A DNA stretch of 26,206 nucleotides. It comes from a virus (lineage: Duplodnaviria; Caudoviricetes). Both the position numbers and the translations under genes were made by a program. The stretch is from positions 1-26,206 of the IMG/VR virus record IMGVR_UViG_3300030376_004817. One strand, given 5' to 3'. Below the pieces are notes generated by a model. The model did not search any database. It had not been told where the DNA came from and worked only from the letters and a program-made list of their open reading frames with translations. This document shows positions 8,149-16,453 of this stretch, in pieces (position 1 is the stretch's first letter; each line of letters begins with the position of its first letter).

Positions 8149-8413
8149 TTTTGCTGTTTGGATAAAAGAAACAAACCCTAAAAAATTAAAAGAAAATTTT
8201 AATAATTTATTATTAGATAGTGGGTTTGAAATTTTAGATATTGTTGATAAACATTTTGAGCCTTATGGATATACAGTTTTATTTTTGTTAAGTGAAAGCC
8301 ATTTAGCAATACACACATTCCCTGAACATAAGGAAACTTATATTGAATTATCTAGCTGCGTAAAACCCCCATTTAATTTATTTGTAAAAAATTATGAAAA
8401 CAGACAAAAGTAG
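8129..8413 (+). CDS. speD: S-adenosylmethionine decarboxylase proenzyme (pyruvoyl-dependent, compact)
   Basis: HFEPYGYT, LSESHLAIHTFPE (E/S autocleavage site) and downstream Cys (ELSSC). Confidence 0.85.
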   Translation: MKAQIYNFAVWIKETNPKKLKENFNNLLLDSGFEILDIVDKHFEPYGYTVLFLLSESHLAIHTFPEHKETYIELSSCVKPPFNLFVKNYENRQK

Positions 8414-8759
8414 ACACATAAAAAAGGAGAGTTTATTGAAGGCTCTTGAAAAGAGTTTAGGCATTGTAACAGTAGCCTGCAGGAATGTAGGAATCCACAG
8501 AAGCACATTTTATAAATGGTTAAACGAAGATGAGGAATTTGCTAAGCAAGTACACGACATTGACAACATTGCATTGGACTTTGCAGAAAGCCACTTACAT
8601 GAACAAATAAAAAACAGCAGCACAGCAGCCACAATATTTTATCTAAAGACAAAAGGGAAGAAAAGAGGGTACATAGAACGCCAAGAAATTACTGGTGTTG
8701 ATGGAATGCCAAATAACTTTCAAATTGAGATAATTGATAAAACAGAAGATACAGACTAA
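8394..8759 (+). CDS. terS: Terminase small subunit (HTH)
   Basis: LGIVTVACRNVGIHRSTFYKW HTH and ATIFYLKTKGKKRGY; directly upstream of TerL. Confidence 0.75.
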   Translation: MKTDKSRHIKKESLLKALEKSLGIVTVACRNVGIHRSTFYKWLNEDEEFAKQVHDIDNIALDFAESHLHEQIKNSSTAATIFYLKTKGKKRGYIERQEITGVDGMPNNFQIEIIDKTEDTD

Positions 8760-9897
8760 TATTGTTTACAAACATTTAGTAAATAGTGATGCTAAAATTG
8801 TAGTTGAGCAGGGGGGGACTAGAAGTGGGAAAACCTATAATATATTATTGTTTATCATTTTTGAGTATTGCGTAAGAAACAAAGGCAAAATAATCACTAT
8901 ATGTAGAAAGACCTTTCCAAGTTTGAGGGCAACTGTGCTAAGGGATTTTTTATCCATATTAAGAGACCACCACATATATTTAGAGGAACTGCATAACAAA
9001 TCAAATAGTGAATACAACTTGTATGGCAACCTAATTGAGTTCACATCACTTGACCAGTCACAAAAAATTAGGGGGCGTAAAAGGGATTTACTTTTTATTA
9101 ATGAGGGCAACGAGTTATACTGGGAAGATTGGCAGCAACTTATTTTTAGAACACAGGAAAGAATTATTGTTGATTTCAACCCTAGTGATGAGTACCATTG
9201 GATTTATGATAAAGTTATACCTAGAAAGGATTGTGCTTTTTATAAAACAACATACAAAGACAACCCCTTTTTAGAAGATGCAATTAAATTAGAAATAGAA
9301 AGATTAAGAGATACAGATGAGCAGTATTGGCAAATTTATGGATTAGGGGAAAGGGCATCTAGCAGGCGAACTATATTTAGATATTGTGAGGTTAATGAAA
9401 TACCAATAGCAGCAAAGCTAATAGCTTATGGCATGGACTTTGGCTATACTAATGACCCTACTACCTTAGTGTCTGTATATACGCAGGAACACAATTTATA
9501 TATTCACGAGCATTTATATAGAACACAAATGACCACAAATGATATTAATAAATTTTTAAGGTCAGAAAACTTAATGTCAAATCCTATATATGCTGATAGT
9601 GCTGAGCCACGCCTTATTGATGAACTAAGAAAGATGGGGCATAATATACACGCCAGTATAAAAGGCAGGGATTCAGTTAATGCAGGCATTGATTTATTAA
9701 AACGCTACAAAATACACATTACAAGCAAATCCACTAATGCCATTCAAGAGTTTAGAAACTATAAATGGAAAGAGGATAAGTCAGGTAAGCTAATAAATAT
9801 AGCTGAGGACTTGCATAATCACATAATAGACCCATGTAGATACGCCACTTATTCTATATTATCACGCCCTAATTTTGGCAAATATACCATACATTAA
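8734..9897 (+). CDS. terL: Terminase large subunit, PBSX family (TTG start)
   Basis: QGGTRSGKT Walker A, FINE Walker B, DFNP coupling motif, GMDFGYTNDP, ADSAEP, NHIIDPCRY nuclease motifs. Confidence 0.95.
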   Translation: MIKQKIQTNIVYKHLVNSDAKIVVEQGGTRSGKTYNILLFIIFEYCVRNKGKIITICRKTFPSLRATVLRDFLSILRDHHIYLEELHNKSNSEYNLYGNLIEFTSLDQSQKIRGRKRDLLFINEGNELYWEDWQQLIFRTQERIIVDFNPSDEYHWIYDKVIPRKDCAFYKTTYKDNPFLEDAIKLEIERLRDTDEQYWQIYGLGERASSRRTIFRYCEVNEIPIAAKLIAYGMDFGYTNDPTTLVSVYTQEHNLYIHEHLYRTQMTTNDINKFLRSENLMSNPIYADSAEPRLIDELRKMGHNIHASIKGRDSVNAGIDLLKRYKIHITSKSTNAIQEFRNYKWKEDKSGKLINIAEDLHNHIIDPCRYATYSILSRPNFGKYTIH

Positions 9898-9928
9898 CAG
9901 GAGTAAATAAAAAATACTTATTAAATAT

Positions 9929-9959
9929 TTTGTTTATAACTTATCTTTCCTTATGTTTG
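9929..9959 (+). promoter_or_regulatory. Canonical Bacteroidota sigma70 promoter
   Basis: TTTG-N19-TATGTTTG, an exact match to the TTTG/TAnnTTTG consensus. Confidence 0.75.
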
Positions 9960-9964
9960 TAGGG

Positions 9965-10115
9965 TAATTGATAACAAAAGATAAAAAACACTTAAAAATA
10001 AAAGTTAATTATCTTAAAGGAAAACGAGTTAAAGGTTAGAGTTACCAAGTTTAAACATTACAATTGAACTATCAAATAAATAGTAAAATGGTGTAAAATG
10101 GCAGCACCTACTCAA
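9965..10115 (+). ncRNA. Candidate structured leader RNA or sRNA
   Basis: Long non-coding stretch after a promoter with nested complementary segments (TTGATA/TATCAA, AAGATAA/TTATCTT, AGTTTAA/TTGAACT, GGTG/CACC). Confidence 0.35.
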
Positions 10116-10153
10116 AAGACAAATCAAAATGCCTAAAATTTAAAAACAGTAAA

Positions 10154-10348
10154 ATGAATTATTTAAAATTAAGTAAAGAAGAATTAGAAACATTATATGT
10201 TGCATTAGATAATGAAACAAAATGTTTTGACAACAAACTTGTATGTGAAGACCATAAAAAAGATGTTTACAATATTTTAGAACAAGTAATTGAGAAGAAA
10301 CACGATAGGTTTTATAAAGATTTAGAAAAATATAAAGATTTTATCTAA
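10154..10348 (+). CDS. Hypothetical protein
   Basis: ORF track. Confidence 0.7.
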   Translation: MNYLKLSKEELETLYVALDNETKCFDNKLVCEDHKKDVYNILEQVIEKKHDRFYKDLEKYKDFI

Positions 10349-10488
10349 TGAGAACACAGGCAGACGACTTAAAACACGAAATTAAAAAGCTAGAACTGGC
10401 ATTGTACTATTGTTCAGATGTTAGTAAACACAAAGAATTGTATAACAAAATTTGTGTGGCAAAAGATATTTTACAAAACATTCAGTAA
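10348..10488 (+). CDS. Small hypothetical protein (46 aa)
   Basis: Manual translation MRTQADDLKHEIKKLELALYYCSDVSKHKELYNKICVAKDILQNIQ; TAATG overlap. Confidence 0.65.
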   Translation: MRTQADDLKHEIKKLELALYYCSDVSKHKELYNKICVAKDILQNIQ

Positions 10489-10489
10489 T

Positions 10490-10771
10490 ATGGAAATGTA
10501 TAATTTAGAAAACCCTGCATACTTAGAAGCCAAAGGATTGGCAAAAGTTTGGAAAGCATATTATAAACATTCAGCCCTAGAGGAAATTCATCAAGTTGGA
10601 TTTAATGAGAATAGTGGTTATGTTTATATCGCCTTAGAGAATGGAATAAGCATTGCATCTGCTTTTGGGCAAAGCGTAGATTACATAGTAAGTAATTATG
10701 ATAATGGAGAGGAATTTTTTTATGATACTATTGAAGAAGCTAATGCTAAACTGCAAAAACTAAATGGATAA
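10490..10771 (+). CDS. Hypothetical protein (start reassigned to MEMYNLENP)
   Basis: In frame with track ORF 10418..10771; start 1 nt after the upstream stop; GFNENSGYVYIALENG. Confidence 0.7.
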   Translation: MEMYNLENPAYLEAKGLAKVWKAYYKHSALEEIHQVGFNENSGYVYIALENGISIASAFGQSVDYIVSNYDNGEEFFYDTIEEANAKLQKLNG

Positions 10772-11027
10772 AATTCAAAACTTACATGATTTAAAGTATT
10801 ATAGCAATATGCTATTATGCACAGGGCTAGTGAAGAAATGGACTGATTTAAAACCAAATAATCCTGACCTTCAAAAACTGGCTAAGGCATTAATTGAAAT
10901 TACTCTTTATGTGATTAGAATACAGGAGGATTTACAAAATAATAAAATGGCAGTTTCTGATTATAGGTATAAAAAGAATCAAGCCTTATTAAAATTAAAA
11001 GAAATAAAAGAACAAAATGGATTGTAG
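10764..11027 (+). CDS. Hypothetical protein
   Basis: ORF track; overlaps its neighbours. Confidence 0.7.
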   Translation: MDKIQNLHDLKYYSNMLLCTGLVKKWTDLKPNNPDLQKLAKALIEITLYVIRIQEDLQNNKMAVSDYRYKKNQALLKLKEIKEQNGL

Positions 11028-11283
11028 TTTTATAAAAGAAATAGATGAGTTTGTTTTTGAGGTTAACTATACTTATGAAAAAGGTATGAGGGGCGATGGT
11101 TGGTTGCAGCCTGATGACCCTGACTATCTTGAGTATGACCAAATTTTACTTGTTAGCCATACTGCAGAAGATGGAACAGAAACACATTTTAAAAGCGAAA
11201 TAGATTGCCAAGAAATTTTATCTGAAGCAATATTAGAAAGTATATCAGATGCTATGCAGGAAGATATAGATAATTATTCCTAG
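11017..11283 (+). CDS. Acidic hypothetical protein
   Basis: ORF track; D/E-rich, GDGWLQPDDP. Confidence 0.7.
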   Translation: MDCSFIKEIDEFVFEVNYTYEKGMRGDGWLQPDDPDYLEYDQILLVSHTAEDGTETHFKSEIDCQEILSEAILESISDAMQEDIDNYS

Positions 11284-11300
11284 AATAATTTTTTGTTTGG

Positions 11301-11343
11301 AGAGGGGTTTAAATGTCTAAGGATGTTTGCCCCTTTTTTTTTT
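11301..11343 (+). terminator. Intrinsic terminator
   Basis: AGGGG...CCCCT stem with inner AAATGTCT/GGATGTTT pairing, followed by a long T run. Confidence 0.75.
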
Positions 11344-11345
11344 AG

Positions 11346-11371
11346 AAAAATTGTGCGTAACTTTCGTTATA
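11346..11371 (+). promoter_or_regulatory. Putative phage late promoter, copy 2
   Basis: AAA-N15-CGTTATA; C at 11365. Confidence 0.7.
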
Positions 11372-11384
11372 TATATATAACATT

Positions 11385-12038
11385 ATGAAAGCACGCTTAC
11401 ACATACCCAATAAATTATCAGAAATTACTTTAAAAAAGTATCAAAAGTTTGTAAAACTAAATAAAGATGATGCAGATGAAAGGTTTTTGCAAATTAAAAT
11501 GATTGAAATATTTTGTGAGGTTAGCCATGAAGATGTATTAAAAATAAAGTTTGCTGATGCTGATAGAGTTACTGGCATATTGGCTAAAATGTTTACAGAA
11601 AAGCCCCCATTAGTTACGCAGTTTAAATTGAATGGTGTTGAGTATGGTTTTATCCCTGAACTAGATGAAATAAGTTTTGGGGAATATATTGACTTAGACA
11701 CTTACTTAGGGGATTGGGAAAACATACACACAGCAATGAATGTGCTTTATAGACCCATAGACACACGCAAAGGCGATAGATATACTATCAAGCCATATAA
11801 TTTAGATGCTAAGGACAGGCTGCTTGAAATGCCCTTAGATGCAGTTATATCCTCAGTTTTTTTTTTCTATCATTTAGGGAAAGACTTGTCAGTAGTTATG
11901 AATCGCTATTTGGCGAAGGAACTAACGAAAGCACCACCTCACTTAGTGCAGGATTCAATGCTAAATGGGGATGGTATCAAGCAATTTTCACACTCGCTAA
12001 AGGGGATATTAGAAGATTTAAAAATATCACTAAATTAA
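11385..12038 (+). CDS. Probable tail assembly chaperone (0-frame product)
   Basis: First gene of the tail operon; contains a slippery G-T10-C run at 11856-11867. Confidence 0.6.
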   Translation: MKARLHIPNKLSEITLKKYQKFVKLNKDDADERFLQIKMIEIFCEVSHEDVLKIKFADADRVTGILAKMFTEKPPLVTQFKLNGVEYGFIPELDEISFGEYIDLDTYLGDWENIHTAMNVLYRPIDTRKGDRYTIKPYNLDAKDRLLEMPLDAVISSVFFFYHLGKDLSVVMNRYLAKELTKAPPHLVQDSMLNGDGIKQFSHSLKGILEDLKISLN

Positions 12039-12127
12039 CTGCACACGAATGTTTTATGGTTTTAGAATTTATGAAAGAAAAAAACGAGTTAGAAGCTAAT
12101 AAAATTAAAAATAAGATTAAAAGATGA
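11385..12127 (+). CDS. Probable -1 frameshift product of the tail assembly chaperone
   Basis: The -1 frame is open from the T10 run to TGA 12125-12127 (LSFRERLVSSYESLF...FNAKWGWYQAIFTLAKGDIRRF...KIKR); its stop overlaps the next ATG. Confidence 0.7.
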
Positions 12128-12594
12128 GCAATCAAGGAATAAGGGGTTTTTACCAATTAACAGAAACTATTAAAAATGCTTTATTAGATAATGTTGATGT
12201 CAACACAGTAACCACAGGCAATTTAAGCAATGTTAATTTACAAAAACAAAACATATTCCCATTGTGCCACATTATTATAGATAGTGTGACAGACACAGAA
12301 CAAACATTAACCTTTAGTTTGTCTGTTTTAGCTATGGATATAGTAAGTAGAAGCAAGTTAGAAACCACGCACATATTTGAGGGCAATAATAATGAGCAGG
12401 ATATATTAAACACCCAATTAGCTGTTTTAAATAAGCTAATAATGACTTTAAGAAAAGGAGATTTGCATAGAGACAAATATCAATTATCAGGCGATGCTAG
12501 TTTAGAGCCATTTTATGATAGATTTGAAAATGAGTTGGCAGGGTGGACTGCAACTTTTGATGTTGTAATTTATAATGATATAACTATTTGCTAA
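12124..12594 (+). CDS. Putative tail terminator / completion protein
   Basis: FPLCHI and EPFYDRFENELAGW motifs; size and context. Confidence 0.55.
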   Translation: MSNQGIRGFYQLTETIKNALLDNVDVNTVTTGNLSNVNLQKQNIFPLCHIIIDSVTDTEQTLTFSLSVLAMDIVSRSKLETTHIFEGNNNEQDILNTQLAVLNKLIMTLRKGDLHRDKYQLSGDASLEPFYDRFENELAGWTATFDVVIYNDITIC

Positions 12595-13217
12595 TGGAAT
12601 TTTCAGAGGTAAAAGAAGCATTAGAAAAGTTTGGCGATGCAGTAATTGTTTCAGCAAAGGTAAACCTCAAAAAAAATAAAATGGATGGGGGAAGTTTATA
12701 TAATACTTTAAAGAAAGATTTAACAGTAGAACAAAACGCTTTTCTTTTAGATTTCATAATGCAAGATTATGGGGCTTTCCAAGATGCAGGGGTGTGGGGT
12801 GCAAAGCCTAGCCTAGCGACTACATGGACTTATAAATGGGAAAATGGCAAAAGGAAAAGGGTATCCAAAAAATATACAGGCAAGCAAAAAGGCAGAGCCA
12901 CTAATTCTGTCTTTACTGGTGCAAATGGAATTAAAAATAAGTTTTCTTATAAATCAAAAATGCCACCAATGCAACCTTTAATGGAATGGGCAAAAAAAAA
13001 GAATGTAAGATTTAGAGATAAAGAAGGGAAATTTAGAAAAGGCAATTACAGGACAATAGGGTTTTGGCTGCAAAAAAGAATATTTGCTCAGGGGCTTGCA
13101 CCTACTCAATTTTTCTCAAAAGCATTTAGAAAAGAATTTAAAAAACTACCTAGCGAATTGTTAGAAGCATTTAAAATAGATGTGGAAAGACAATTAATAT
13201 TAGGCATAAAACAATAA
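12594..13217 (+). CDS. Putative neck / tail-completion protein (basic)
   Basis: GSLYNTL, DYGAFQDAGV, MPP...LMEWAKKK, IFAQGLAPTQFF; ATG overlaps the previous TAA. Confidence 0.5.
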   Translation: MEFSEVKEALEKFGDAVIVSAKVNLKKNKMDGGSLYNTLKKDLTVEQNAFLLDFIMQDYGAFQDAGVWGAKPSLATTWTYKWENGKRKRVSKKYTGKQKGRATNSVFTGANGIKNKFSYKSKMPPMQPLMEWAKKKNVRFRDKEGKFRKGNYRTIGFWLQKRIFAQGLAPTQFFSKAFRKEFKKLPSELLEAFKIDVERQLILGIKQ

Positions 13218-13221
13218 GACA

Positions 13222-14226
13222 ATGGGAGCAATATTTTTAAGAAGTTCAAGAAGCAGACATTCCTACTGCTCAGCAACACATTTATCAATCAAAATGACTA
13301 TTACAATAAATGGAACATTAGCCTATACACTTATAAAAGATTCAGTAGCAGACCAAAAAAACCTTTTTGAATATGCTGAATTGTGCAGGGATTATGTCAG
13401 TATCACATGGACTGGAAGTTACTCAGGCTATAGCCCTATTACAAATATGGTTATACTAACAGACATAAAATATTACGATGCTGCAGGTGGTGGTGGCTCA
13501 GAAGTTACTACAGGCATAACTGGTGGTGGTGCTGTAACGCAATATGGCGTTGATGGATATAGTAATTTTATGGATGGGGCTAATGATGATATTCCAAATG
13601 ATGCAATTTTAATTTCTAATTACACGCAAACAAACGCAGGAGTAAAAACTTATACAGTATATGCCCCCTCAAATACAGCAGTAACAATCCCTTATTTAAA
13701 CAACACAGGAACACAAACATTATATTCATCATCAGGTGTAAGTGCATCATCACTTATAATAGGCAGCACGACTATTAATATTGAAAGGTTTGGCTGTAAT
13801 AAATTTGATGTGGTTTATATTGATTTTGTAAATAAATGGGGTGCAATACAAAGGGAATATTTTACTCTAAAAAGCGTAACAAAAATAAATGCGAAAAGAG
13901 AAGATTACCAAAGTAATATTATAAATAAAGATGGCACTTATTCAATCAATAAACATACCATTCAAAACTTTAATGTATCAGGCAATGAATTATTAACAGT
14001 AAATTCTGATTATGTTCCTGAATTTTATAATGAGGTTTATACTGAATTATTATTAAGCGACTATGTGTGGGCTTATATTAAACCATTTAGCACAAATACA
14101 TTTACTGCAGTTCCAGTTAATATTACAAATAGTGAATTGACTTATAAAACACAAGTCAGCGATAGATTAATCAATTTTACATTTAGCTTTAAAATGAGTT
14201 ATGACTATATTCAAAATGTTAGATAA
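13222..14226 (+). CDS. Putative distal tail / baseplate structural protein
   Basis: Beta-rich; FVNKWG and ELLLSDYVW motifs; precedes the hub gene. Confidence 0.55.
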   Translation: MGAIFLRSSRSRHSYCSATHLSIKMTITINGTLAYTLIKDSVADQKNLFEYAELCRDYVSITWTGSYSGYSPITNMVILTDIKYYDAAGGGGSEVTTGITGGGAVTQYGVDGYSNFMDGANDDIPNDAILISNYTQTNAGVKTYTVYAPSNTAVTIPYLNNTGTQTLYSSSGVSASSLIIGSTTINIERFGCNKFDVVYIDFVNKWGAIQREYFTLKSVTKINAKREDYQSNIINKDGTYSINKHTIQNFNVSGNELLTVNSDYVPEFYNEVYTELLLSDYVWAYIKPFSTNTFTAVPVNITNSELTYKTQVSDRLINFTFSFKMSYDYIQNVR

Positions 14227-16313
14227 TGCAAAAGCTACAATTATATATAGACAGCACTCCACTAGCAGCAACCCCTACTTATCAAAGGGTTGATTTATTT
14301 AAAGATGAATCAGTTTCTATTACTCAAAGCATTCAAAATGTCAAGGATATTGCCAAAATATTTACTGAGTTTACAAAGACATTTACACTACCTGCATCAA
14401 AAACGAACAACATACTCTTTAGACATTATTATAATTTTGATATATCAGTTAATTCTTTTGATGCTAGGAGTAAGGTAAAAGCAAAGATTGAACTTAATAA
14501 CATAGCTTTTAAGCAAGGATTTATAAGGCTGCAGGGTGTTGAGTTGAAAAAGAATAAAGTGTATGCTTATAAGGTTGCTTTTTTTGGCGAAACAATAAAC
14601 CTCAAAAATATATTAGAAGATGATTTGTTGCAAGATTTAGATGGTTTAAATACAGAAACCTTAGATTATACAGACACAAATATTAGGACTAATTTAGCAG
14701 GAAATTTAGATGCGTTAATTACTCCACTAATAACACACACAGACCAACTGTATTATGATTCAGGAACAGCAGGAAATGGAAATGTGCATTGGGTCAATTC
14801 AAGTTCTGCCAACCAAGTAAATTGGAAGCAGTTAAAATTTGCTATAAGATTATATGAAATAATACAAGCAATAGAAACTAAATATAGTGATATAAATTTC
14901 TCAACTGATTTCTTTAGCACCAGTAATGCACCATTTTATAATTTGTATATGTGGTTACATAGAAAAAAAGGAGATGTAGAGCCTGCTCAGCAAGTGGCTT
15001 TGGTATATAGACAAGTATTAGGATTTAGTGCATACAGCACACCTAGCCCTGAAACAAGCACATTAAATGGGGGAATAATAATTACAGGTGATTTGGTCAC
15101 TTACCCTGCTGCGATAATATCTTTTTCATTGAGTTTTTTACCTAGCAATTTAAGCACAGTTTACAATGTGCAGGTTTATAGAAATGGAACTTTATATTGG
15201 TCTGACCCAAATGTATCAGGAAACAAAGTTTATTCAGAATCTGATTTTACATTAACCTCAGGAACATTTACTGTTTTTGTGGGGTCTGAAACCTCTTTGA
15301 CTTTTAGTAGTGGAAACATTAGATGGGAAATTGCAGGTTATTTAGGTGGAGAAGTTATTGGGGGTTGGACTGACCAATGGAGGTCAACATCTACATTTAT
15401 CACTAACACCACATTTGAATTTGTAATTACTCAACAGATTCCAAAAATGAAGATAATAGATTTCCTTACTGGATTGTTTAAAATGTTCAACTTGACTGCT
15501 TATGTAGATACAACAGGAACTATAGTTGTTAAAACTTTAGACAGCTATTATGCAGCAGGGCGAGGTGTAGTAGCAGGAACAACAGCATGGGCAATTGATG
15601 AATATATAGATATAAGCAAAAAGGAAGTAAATGTAGCTTTGCCTTTTAAAGAAATAGGATTTCAATTTAAAGGATTAAAAACATTTTTATCTGCACAATA
15701 TGGTCAGCTAGAAAGTTCAGGATGGGGAAGTATAAACTACTCTTTAGATAACGCCCACTATGATGCACCAATGGAAAGCTATGCAGTTGAATTGCCTTTT
15801 GAACACATGCAATATCAAAGATTAAAAGATGTAAATGGGGGGGCTTCAAAATCTATACAATGGGGGTGGTCTGTAAATGAAAATAGAGAAGCCACAATTG
15901 GAATGCCTTTAGTATTTTATGGATATAAACAATCAGGAACATCACTTTCTTTTGGAAATGATAATGGAACAAAATCACAATTAATAAGCTATATAATTCC
16001 AATGAATAGTTTATCTGTAAACCCTGCAACAAAAGATAATATTAATTTCCAAAATGAAGAAAATGAATACACAGGGAATTTTTTGTTTACTGATACCTTA
16101 TTTAAAAAATACTACGAAACTTATATAACGCATGTTTTCAATAACTCAAGAAGATTAACAAAAGTAACAGCCTATTTGCCTTTAAAAATTATTTACAATT
16201 TGGAATTAAACGACAGGATAAGTATAGGTACTCAGGAATATATTATTAACTCTTTAAAGACAGATTTAATTAATGGCAAAAGTACAATTGAATTATTAAA
16301 TGTAGTAACATGA
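14226..16313 (+). CDS. Putative baseplate hub / tail-tip protein
   Basis: N-terminal VDLFKDESVSITQSIQNVKDIAKIFTEFTKTFTLPAS; C-terminal LELNDRI...INSLKTDLINGKSTIELL. Confidence 0.65.
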   Translation: MQKLQLYIDSTPLAATPTYQRVDLFKDESVSITQSIQNVKDIAKIFTEFTKTFTLPASKTNNILFRHYYNFDISVNSFDARSKVKAKIELNNIAFKQGFIRLQGVELKKNKVYAYKVAFFGETINLKNILEDDLLQDLDGLNTETLDYTDTNIRTNLAGNLDALITPLITHTDQLYYDSGTAGNGNVHWVNSSSANQVNWKQLKFAIRLYEIIQAIETKYSDINFSTDFFSTSNAPFYNLYMWLHRKKGDVEPAQQVALVYRQVLGFSAYSTPSPETSTLNGGIIITGDLVTYPAAIISFSLSFLPSNLSTVYNVQVYRNGTLYWSDPNVSGNKVYSESDFTLTSGTFTVFVGSETSLTFSSGNIRWEIAGYLGGEVIGGWTDQWRSTSTFITNTTFEFVITQQIPKMKIIDFLTGLFKMFNLTAYVDTTGTIVVKTLDSYYAAGRGVVAGTTAWAIDEYIDISKKEVNVALPFKEIGFQFKGLKTFLSAQYGQLESSGWGSINYSLDNAHYDAPMESYAVELPFEHMQYQRLKDVNGGASKSIQWGWSVNENREATIGMPLVFYGYKQSGTSLSFGNDNGTKSQLISYIIPMNSLSVNPATKDNINFQNEENEYTGNFLFTDTLFKKYYETYITHVFNNSRRLTKVTAYLPLKIIYNLELNDRISIGTQEYIINSLKTDLINGKSTIELLNVVT

Positions 16314-16453
16314 TAAAAATAATATTAGCAGCTTTAAAAATAGCTGAGGGCGAAACAAAAAATATTCAGATTGCACAGGGTAAGAATAAACTACCTACTA
16401 CAATCAAAGAGGGGTGGAAACAATTTAAAAATGAAATAAAATGGAAACAATAG
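16310..16453 (+). CDS. Small hypothetical protein (47 aa)
   Basis: Manual translation MIKIILAALKIAEGETKNIQIAQGKNKLPTTIKEGWKQFKNEIKWKQ; overlaps both neighbours. Confidence 0.65.
   Translation: MIKIILAALKIAEGETKNIQIAQGKNKLPTTIKEGWKQFKNEIKWKQ

Noticed and set aside
8129-8413. speD as a simple spermidine-synthesis auxiliary metabolic gene
   Set aside because: Not excluded but less favoured: no speE in the window, and the gene is embedded between a DNA MTase-fold gene and terminase.
9965-10115. Known SAM riboswitch, tRNA or self-cleaving ribozyme
   Set aside because: Conserved cores of SAM-I/II/V, the tRNA T-loop, hammerhead and twister were not found.
9035-14478. Alternative-frame + ORFs 9035..9274 and 14290..14478
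   Set aside because: Nested within terL and the hub gene, with weak starts and no slippery site or motif.
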